A stretch of DNA of 55,665 nt from Atribacterota bacterium (GTDB lineage: Bacteria > Atribacterota > Phoenicimicrobiia > Phoenicimicrobiales > Phoenicimicrobiaceae). The translations under genes and the position numbers were made by a program. The notes under the pieces were generated by a model. It ran no database searches. It was not told the DNA's origin and saw only the letters and a list, made by a program, of their open reading frames with translations. Positions 50,176 to 55,665 of this stretch are shown here, piece by piece. Numbering within the stretch: the first letter of the stretch is position 1; each line of letters begins with the position of its first letter. The stretch lies in the NCBI GenBank assembly GCA_035648055.1, contig DASRMF010000084.1, forward strand, positions 1 to 55,665, written 5' to 3'.

Positions 50176-50203
50176 GTGTTGTTTCTGACCCCATGTGTTG
50201 TTT
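50166..50203. repeat. 19-bp tandem direct repeat (x2) overlapping the right IR arm and the asp23 stop
   Basis: ctgaccccatgtgttgttt at 50166-50184 and 50185-50203, identical. Confidence 0.92.
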
Positions 50204-50627
50204 AGAAAACTTTTACAAATAAATTTGAGGCGACTAAGTCTTTTCTGCTTTGTATTTTCTTGGGAAACTGTATCCCCTGAACATGAATATCTATTTCATT
50301 AATCTCCGTATCTAATTTTTTTATTAAAACTTCTTTAACTCTATTCTGAATATCCCAGGCTATATCAGGTATCCTTACACCATACTTTATAATAATATAT
50401 AAATTTATGAACGGTTTATTATCTTTTATCTCTACTTTTATATTGCGGGCAGCTTCTTCTGTTTCATTTTCGTTCGTATCTCCCTTTAACATATCGGTTA
50501 TCTCTTTTATAATTGACTTTCTATTTCCGACCACACCTTTAACGTCAGCTAAATTTAAACTAACTATACTCCTGATAGTTTCCTTGGTAATATTTATTTC
50601 TCCCAGATCAGTCTTAACAGTCTGCAT
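50202..50627 (-). CDS. Asp23/Gls24 family envelope stress response protein
   Basis: 141 aa. Asp23-like pattern (GEINITKETIRSIVSLNLADVKGVVG ... GVRIPDIAWDIQNRVKEVL). Conserved position upstream of nusB as in Bacillota. Confidence 0.88.
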   Translation of the reverse strand: MQTVKTDLGEINITKETIRSIVSLNLADVKGVVGNRKSIIKEITDMLKGDTNENETEEAARNIKVEIKDNKPFINLYIIIKYGVRIPDIAWDIQNRVKEVLIKKLDTEINEIDIHVQGIQFPKKIQSRKDLVASNLFVKVF

Positions 50628-50669
50628 TATTATTAACTCCTATTTAGTATCGCGTATTGCGTATGACAT

Positions 50670-50693
50670 GACAGGCGAGTACGCCTGTCCTAC
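50670..50693 (-). repeat. REP-like GC hairpin with GTAG head (type C)
   Basis: Sense strand GTAGGACAGGCG-TACT-CGCCTGTC, 8-bp stem. Confidence 0.8.
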
Positions 50694-50711
50694 TTTTTGT
50701 AGTATCATTGA

Positions 50712-50734
50712 GGGCGTATGCAATACGCCCCTAC
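50712..50734 (-). repeat. REP-like GC hairpin with GTAG head (type D)
   Basis: Sense strand GTAGGGGCGTAT-TGC-ATACGCCC, preceded by the polypurine tract TTAAGGAAAAGAAAAGAGAGAAAGAA. Confidence 0.8.
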
Positions 50735-50794
50735 TTCTTTCTCTCTTTTCTTTTCCTTAACTATATACTATATACGATATATTATATGCTGTTT

Positions 50795-51352
50795 TTACTC
50801 CCTTTCAATGTATTTCTTCTCCCTGGTGTCTACTTTAATTACATCCCCTTCTTTTATAAACAAAGGGACTTGAATTATTGCTCCGGTCTCTAAAGTGGCC
50901 GGTTTAAGGGCACCGGACACAGTATTTCCTTTTACGCCGGGCATAGTTTTAATAACTTTTAAACTCATAAAATTTGGTAGCTCTGCACCAACCAGTTCTC
51001 CTTTACAAAATTTAACATCTACATCGTTACCTTCTTTTAACAAGTCAGCAATTTCACTTATCTGTTCTTTGGATAAATAAATTTGCTCATAATTTTCTTT
51101 GTCCATAAAACAATAACCACTACCATCATTATATAGATATTGCATGGTTTTCCTGTCAACTATAGCTTGTTCCATTTTTTCACCCGCTCTGAAAGTTTTG
51201 TCTATAACAAGCCCGCTTTTTAAATTCTTAAATTTAGTTCTTACAAAAGCACCACCCTTACCGGGTTTTACATGCTGAAAATCCACAATACTATATATTT
51301 CACCATTTAAGTCGATAGTTAAACCTTTTTTAAAATCACTAGTTGAAATCAA
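50795..51352 (-). CDS. efp: Elongation factor P
   Basis: 185 aa. VKPGKGGAFVRTKFKN loop carrying the conserved modified Lys. TTG start. Confidence 0.97.
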   Translation of the reverse strand: MISTSDFKKGLTIDLNGEIYSIVDFQHVKPGKGGAFVRTKFKNLKSGLVIDKTFRAGEKMEQAIVDRKTMQYLYNDGSGYCFMDKENYEQIYLSKEQISEIADLLKEGNDVDVKFCKGELVGAELPNFMSLKVIKTMPGVKGNTVSGALKPATLETGAIIQVPLFIKEGDVIKVDTREKKYIERE

Positions 51353-51398
51353 TATAAAGCCTCCCCTTTTATTTAAATCTCTATTTCCAAATTATATT

Positions 51399-51426
51399 GT
51401 AGGGGCACGATGCATCGTGCCCCTAC
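51399..51426. repeat. Perfect 28-nt palindrome GTAGGGGCACGATGCATCGTGCCCCTAC (REP-like, type B)
   Basis: gtaggggcacgatg is the exact reverse complement of catcgtgcccctac. The GTAG head is present on both strands. Confidence 0.92.
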
Positions 51427-51443
51427 AACTCATTGCTCATTAC

Positions 51444-51469
51444 GGGCAGACACAAGGTCTGCCCCCTAC
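51444..51469 (-). repeat. REP-like GC hairpin with GTAG head (type A)
   Basis: Sense strand GTAGGGGGCAGAC-CTTGT-GTCTGCCC. The 21-mer is identical to 21354-21374. Confidence 0.88.
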
Positions 51470-51475
51470 TTCTTT

Positions 51476-52705
51476 CTATACAAATTTTTTACAAAAATTT
51501 TCTACTTCTTTTTTTACTTCGTCTTTTATTTTCTGATTTTCCGTATCATTTAGGACCCTGTTTATAAATTCGGCTATTACACCCATATCCTTCTCTTTCA
51601 TCCCACGGGTAGTCACCGCAGGAGTCCCGATTCTTATTCCGCTGGCAACCCAAGGCTTTTGAGGGTCAAAGGGAACCATATTCTTATTCACGGTAATTCC
51701 GGCTTCTTCCAAAGCTTTCTCTGCCTGCTTTCCGGTAATCCCTTTATTTCTTAGATCTACTAACATCAAATGATTATCTGTTCCACCGGATACTAAATTA
51801 TAACCTAATCCTATTAATTTATTCGCCAAGGTTTTAGCATTTTTTATAATTTGTTTCTGATATTCTATGAATTCCGGGGTCATTGCCTGTTTAAAAGAAA
51901 CCGCTTTAGCTGCTATAACGTGCATTAGCGGACCGCCTTGAATCCCCGGGAAAATAGTTTTGTCAATTGCTTTGGCATATTCCTCTTTGCACAAAATTAA
52001 ACCACCCCTCGGTCCTCTTAAGGTTTTATGAGTAGTTGTGGTTACAAAATGGCAATAAGGCACAGCACTTTGGTGAAGACCGGCTATAATCAATCCGGCG
52101 ATATGAGCAATATCAGCCATTAAATAGGCCCCCACCTCATCTGCGATAGACCTGAATGCAGAAAAATCAATTTCGCGCGGATAGGCACTTGCCCCGGCGA
52201 TAATTAATTTTGGTTTATTTTTTATAGCTAAATCTCTTAGATTATCATAATCTATTCGTCCGGTATCTTTTTTTACACCATATGGAATAATATTAAAGAA
52301 TCGACCAGAAAAATTTACCGGGCTTCCGTGAGTAAGATGGCCGCCATGAGAAAGGTTCATAGCTAAAATGGTATCTCCTACTTCTAAAACACTAAAATAA
52401 ACCGCCATATTTGCCTGTGAACCGGAATGAGGCTGAACATTAGCATGCTCGGCCTTAAATATCTTTTTAGCCCTCTCGATAGCTAAATTTTCTATAATAT
52501 CGATGTATTTACATCCACCATAGTATTTCTTCCCCGGATAACCCTCAGCATATTTATTGGTCAAAACTGAACCTTGTGCTTCTAATACCTCCGGGGAAAC
52601 AAAATTTTCTGAGGCAATTAGTTCTATGGTGTATTTTTGACGATTCTCTTCATTTTTTATAGCTTCAAATATTTCTGGATCTACCTTCTTTAAATTACTG
52701 CTCAT
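51476..52705 (-). CDS. glyA: Serine hydroxymethyltransferase
   Basis: 409 aa. PLP-lysine motif [14 protein letters not shown]. Confidence 0.98.
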   Translation of the reverse strand: MSSNLKKVDPEIFEAIKNEENRQKYTIELIASENFVSPEVLEAQGSVLTNKYAEGYPGKKYYGGCKYIDIIENLAIERAKKIFKAEHANVQPHSGSQANMAVYFSVLEVGDTILAMNLSHGGHLTHGSPVNFSGRFFNIIPYGVKKDTGRIDYDNLRDLAIKNKPKLIIAGASAYPREIDFSAFRSIADEVGAYLMADIAHIAGLIIAGLHQSAVPYCHFVTTTTHKTLRGPRGGLILCKEEYAKAIDKTIFPGIQGGPLMHVIAAKAVSFKQAMTPEFIEYQKQIIKNAKTLANKLIGLGYNLVSGGTDNHLMLVDLRNKGITGKQAEKALEEAGITVNKNMVPFDPQKPWVASGIRIGTPAVTTRGMKEKDMGVIAEFINRVLNDTENQKIKDEVKKEVENFCKKFV

Positions 52706-52749
52706 AATAATGCTTTCTCCTTTTAAAATAATTATTTATCTCTACCACC

Positions 52750-52775
52750 GTAGGACAGGCGTCTCGCCTGCCTAT
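52750..52775 (+). repeat. REP-like GC hairpin (type C variant), head on the plus strand
   Basis: GTAGGACAGGCG-TCT-CGCCTGCCTAT, 10 bp with one bulge. Opposite orientation to the related copy at 50670-50693. Confidence 0.75.
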
Positions 52776-52807
52776 TAGTTATTATTTTCCATCCCGCCCT
52801 TATATTT

Positions 52808-53923
52808 TTAAAGATTTAATATTTTTGGAAACCAGGTTAATATTTCGTAATCTTCCTCAGTTATCAGAACCGAATCTTCGATCCTAACTCCGCCAACTTC
52901 AGGCAGATATATGCCTGGTTCTATGGTAATTACCATTCCGGGTAATAAAACTGTGTCATCACTGAAAGAAACTCGAGGCAATTCGTGGATATCTAACCCT
53001 ACTCCATGACCTAAACCATGACCGAAATATTTTCCATAACCCTTCTTTGCTATTATATCTCTTGCTATCGAATCCACCTCTTTGCACTTTACGCCCGGCT
53101 TTAAAAAATTAAGGGCTGCTTTTTGAGCGTCAAATACAATTGAAAATATTTCTTTTTGTTTTTGGTTTTCTTTACCCATAATTATAGTGCGGGTTATATC
53201 AGAATTATAATTTTGGTAATTCGCTCCCATATCAATAGTTATAAGCTCTCCTTCGTTAATCTTTTTTTCAGAAGGTTTTCCGTGTGGCAGGGATGATCTT
53301 TCTCCGGAAACCACAATTGTTTCAAAAGCTTCCTTTTGGGCGCCTTTTTTTCTCATAGTATAAGCTAACTCAGAGGCAATATCAAGCTCTCTAATGCCCG
53401 GTTCTATCATTTCAAATACATCCTTTAAGCTTTCTGTTGCTATCTGAGCTGCCTTCTTCATTTTGATAATTTCTTCTTTGTCTTTAACCATTCTTATTTG
53501 TTCGATAATGTTTCCAGTAGTTATAAATATCATAAAATCAAAGCTTTCAGAATATTTCTTAAAATCAGCATAGCTTAAATTATTGCTTTCGAAAGCTACT
53601 TTTTCTATCTTGTTTTTCTCTATTAACTTTTTTAATGCTAATAGGCGTGCGTCTTTTTTCTTTGGTTCGTCAGTTAAAATTTCAAAATCAGGGCTTTCTT
53701 TTTGGGCTTGTTCAGTAAAACGTGAATCAGTTAGCAAATAATTTTTACCGCCAGCCCCAATAAGAGCAAATCCTTCGCCGTCAAATCCGGTTAAATAATT
53801 TAAGTTTTTTAGGTTGGTAACTAAAAACCATTCAATCCCTTTTTTTTCTTTTTCTATTTTGTCTCTAAATATTTTCAATCTTTCTTTAATCAAGATTAAT
53901 CCCTCTCCCTTCCTGCTTTTCAA
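52808..53923 (-). CDS. pepP: Xaa-Pro aminopeptidase/dipeptidase (M24B family)
   Basis: 371 aa. Creatinase-like N-domain and M24 metal-ligand region HGLGHGVGLDIHE ... IEPGIY ... VRIED. Confidence 0.92.
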   Translation of the reverse strand: MKSRKGEGLILIKERLKIFRDKIEKEKKGIEWFLVTNLKNLNYLTGFDGEGFALIGAGGKNYLLTDSRFTEQAQKESPDFEILTDEPKKKDARLLALKKLIEKNKIEKVAFESNNLSYADFKKYSESFDFMIFITTGNIIEQIRMVKDKEEIIKMKKAAQIATESLKDVFEMIEPGIRELDIASELAYTMRKKGAQKEAFETIVVSGERSSLPHGKPSEKKINEGELITIDMGANYQNYNSDITRTIIMGKENQKQKEIFSIVFDAQKAALNFLKPGVKCKEVDSIARDIIAKKGYGKYFGHGLGHGVGLDIHELPRVSFSDDTVLLPGMVITIEPGIYLPEVGGVRIEDSVLITEEDYEILTWFPKILNL

Positions 53924-55264
53924 TTATTTACTAATCTCTCCCACTAAATCATATTCGGAAGCTTCTGTCACTTTCACTTTTACAAATTTTCCAACTTGAG
54001 CCCTATCTCCCTTTATTATAACTTTTCCATCTATCTCCGGTGCATCTGCTTTGGTTCGTCCCATAGCAATTTTCGGCTTGTCCGATTGTATTTCATCAAC
54101 CAATACTTCTATTTCTTTTCCCATATAAGCACTATTTATTTCTTTTGAAATCGACTGCTGAGCTAACATTACTTTTTTTAAGCGCTCTTTCTTAATTCGC
54201 ATAGGAATTTGTTGAGGAAAGTCATAAGCCGGAATTCCCTCTTCCCGGGAGAAAACAAAAGTCCCTACCCTTTCAAATCGAGATTCATTAACAAAACTCA
54301 ATAATTCCTCAAATTCTTTATCAGTTTCACCGGGGAATCCCACCATAAAAGTAGTGCGCAAGGTTAAATTAGGGATTCTATCTCTTAATTTATTAATTAA
54401 CGAAATAATATATCCTTTTTTAACCGGCCTATTCATTCTTTTTAGTATTTTATCACTTATATGCTGTAAAGGTAAATCCAGATAAGAACATATTTTAGGA
54501 TAATTGGCTATTACGTCTATTAACTCTTCATCATAATGAGCGGGATGGGTGTATAAAAGTCTTATCCATTTTAAATTATTTAATTCGAGAAGAGAAAGTT
54601 TTTTAAGCAATTCAGCTAATTTATATTCTCTATAGAGGTCGATTCCGTATAAAGTTGTATCCTGGCCAATTAAAATTATCTCAGAAAGATTTTGTTTTTC
54701 AGAAAGCATTTTTACTTCGTCAATTATATCTTCCATCTTTCTACTGCGATAATTTCCTCTAATTTGAGGTATCAGGCAATAGGAACAATTATTTTGGCAG
54801 CCTTCGGATATTTTAATATAGGCGTAATGCTTGGGGGTTAAAATAGTTCGAGGGGTATTATGGTTATAAAGAAATTTAGGCTCGGGGCTAACTTTATAGA
54901 TTTGTTCGCCTTGCAAAACACTTTTTATTACATTATCGATATCTACTAAATCTTCGACCCCTAAAAAAGCATCAACTTCGGGGAGTTCCTGATTAAGATT
55001 GTCATCTTTATATCTCTGAGGAAGACATCCGGTTACTATTATGTGTTTTATCTTTCCTTCTTTCTTTAATTTTACCAGATTAAGAATTTCTTCTATGGAT
55101 TCTTCTACGGCATCTTTTATGAAACTGCAGGTATTTATTATTACTATATCTGAATTTTCAATCTTCTCACTTATTTGGTATCCGCTCTCTCTTAACTTCC
55201 CACAAATTACTTCGGTATCGACAAAGTTTTTAGGACACCCTAAAGATTTAATTCCAATTTGCAT
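53924..55264 (-). CDS. rimO: Ribosomal protein S12 methylthiotransferase RimO
   Basis: 446 aa. MTTase N-domain LGCPKN...NTCSF...TGC, radical SAM CQNNCSYC, C-terminal TRAM domain. Confidence 0.92.
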   Translation of the reverse strand: MQIGIKSLGCPKNFVDTEVICGKLRESGYQISEKIENSDIVIINTCSFIKDAVEESIEEILNLVKLKKEGKIKHIIVTGCLPQRYKDDNLNQELPEVDAFLGVEDLVDIDNVIKSVLQGEQIYKVSPEPKFLYNHNTPRTILTPKHYAYIKISEGCQNNCSYCLIPQIRGNYRSRKMEDIIDEVKMLSEKQNLSEIILIGQDTTLYGIDLYREYKLAELLKKLSLLELNNLKWIRLLYTHPAHYDEELIDVIANYPKICSYLDLPLQHISDKILKRMNRPVKKGYIISLINKLRDRIPNLTLRTTFMVGFPGETDKEFEELLSFVNESRFERVGTFVFSREEGIPAYDFPQQIPMRIKKERLKKVMLAQQSISKEINSAYMGKEIEVLVDEIQSDKPKIAMGRTKADAPEIDGKVIIKGDRAQVGKFVKVKVTEASEYDLVGEISK

Positions 55265-55284
55265 ATTTTAAATTATCCTCTCTA

Positions 55285-55632
55285 TTAACGAAAAAATCTA
55301 TATTTCTGTTTATTCTCCGCATCTATTGCTTTTACGTATCCTTCTACAACTTCAGGCGGGCTGCCCTTAACCAAACCAATTAAACATAATATTCCGATAA
55401 TAATATCTTCAAAATATCCAAAAAACGGGACTAAAAAATCAGGGATTAAATCATAGGGAGATAATACATAGACAATTGCTCCGTATACCAGTAATTTTAA
55501 ATAAAAGGGAACTCTCCTATCTTTAAGTAATCTTAAGGATAATTTTATAAAATTAGGTATATGAAATATTATTTTTGCTAAATACATCTGCTTTTTTAAT
55601 TTACCATATGGGTCTTTCTTTTCTTCAGACAT
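55285..55632 (-). CDS. DUF1232 (YkvA-like) membrane protein
   Basis: 115 aa. The hydrophobic core with YVLSPYDLIPDFLVPFFGYFEDIII matches the DUF1232 signature. Confidence 0.75.
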   Translation of the reverse strand: MSEEKKDPYGKLKKQMYLAKIIFHIPNFIKLSLRLLKDRRVPFYLKLLVYGAIVYVLSPYDLIPDFLVPFFGYFEDIIIGILCLIGLVKGSPPEVVEGYVKAIDAENKQKYRFFR

Positions 55633-55665
55633 ACAATTTACTCTCCATACCTCTCTGTCATTCCC

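Noticed and set aside
50407-50893. Track ORFs 50407-50760 and 50708-50893 spanning the efp-asp23 spacer
   Set aside because: They read through the REP-like hairpins and antisense coding sequence. There is no RBS, and the composition is driven by the repeats.
55651-55665. ctctctgtcattccc at the window end, resembling the tgtcattgcaag core of the nusB inverted repeat
   Set aside because: It is cut by the window edge, and with only about 10 informative bases it cannot be evaluated.

Overview
AT-rich bacterial chromosome segment that is almost entirely housekeeping genes. 46 of 47 protein genes and all 7 tRNAs are on the minus strand; only rpsT is on the plus strand. In the sense direction (high to low coordinates) the order is DUF1232, rimO, pepP, glyA, efp, asp23, nusB, xseA, xseB, ispA, rph, rdgB, seven tRNAs, tig, clpP, clpX, lon, valS, folC, comEA, comEC, holA, (rpsT), murJ, lepA, hemW, hrcA, grpE, dnaK, dnaJ, mtaB, nusA, ylxR, infB, rbfA, nrnA, truB, ribF, rpsO, pnp, dut, a Na/Pi transporter, uppP, ftsK and a BMP-type ABC importer. 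These neighbourhoods match Bacillota-type synteny. I found no defence system, no CRISPR, no transposase or phage gene, and no unexplained protein-coding island. Known regulatory elements that can be read directly are a perfect CIRCE operator at hrcA, a Val T-box leader at valS, and strong sigma-70-like promoters for the tRNA cluster and rpsT. The unusual content is non-coding. Intergenic spacers are built from a recurring mosaic: GC-rich hairpins with a 5' GTAGG head (REP/BIME-like, usually as doublets), polypurine tracts, and short quasi-tandem word arrays. There are also a near-perfect 31-bp inverted repeat with a 19-bp tandem duplication just upstream of nusB, a 25/29-bp inverted repeat upstream of the Na/Pi transporter gene, a 21-bp tandem repeat between rpsO and pnp, and a 21-nt motif present three times upstream of rbfA, infB and tig. 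Gene-level oddities are an apparent ATT start for mtaB and a 72-aa lysine-rich tail on ribosomal protein S20. All calls were made by eye from the sequence and the ORF track; no database search was run.
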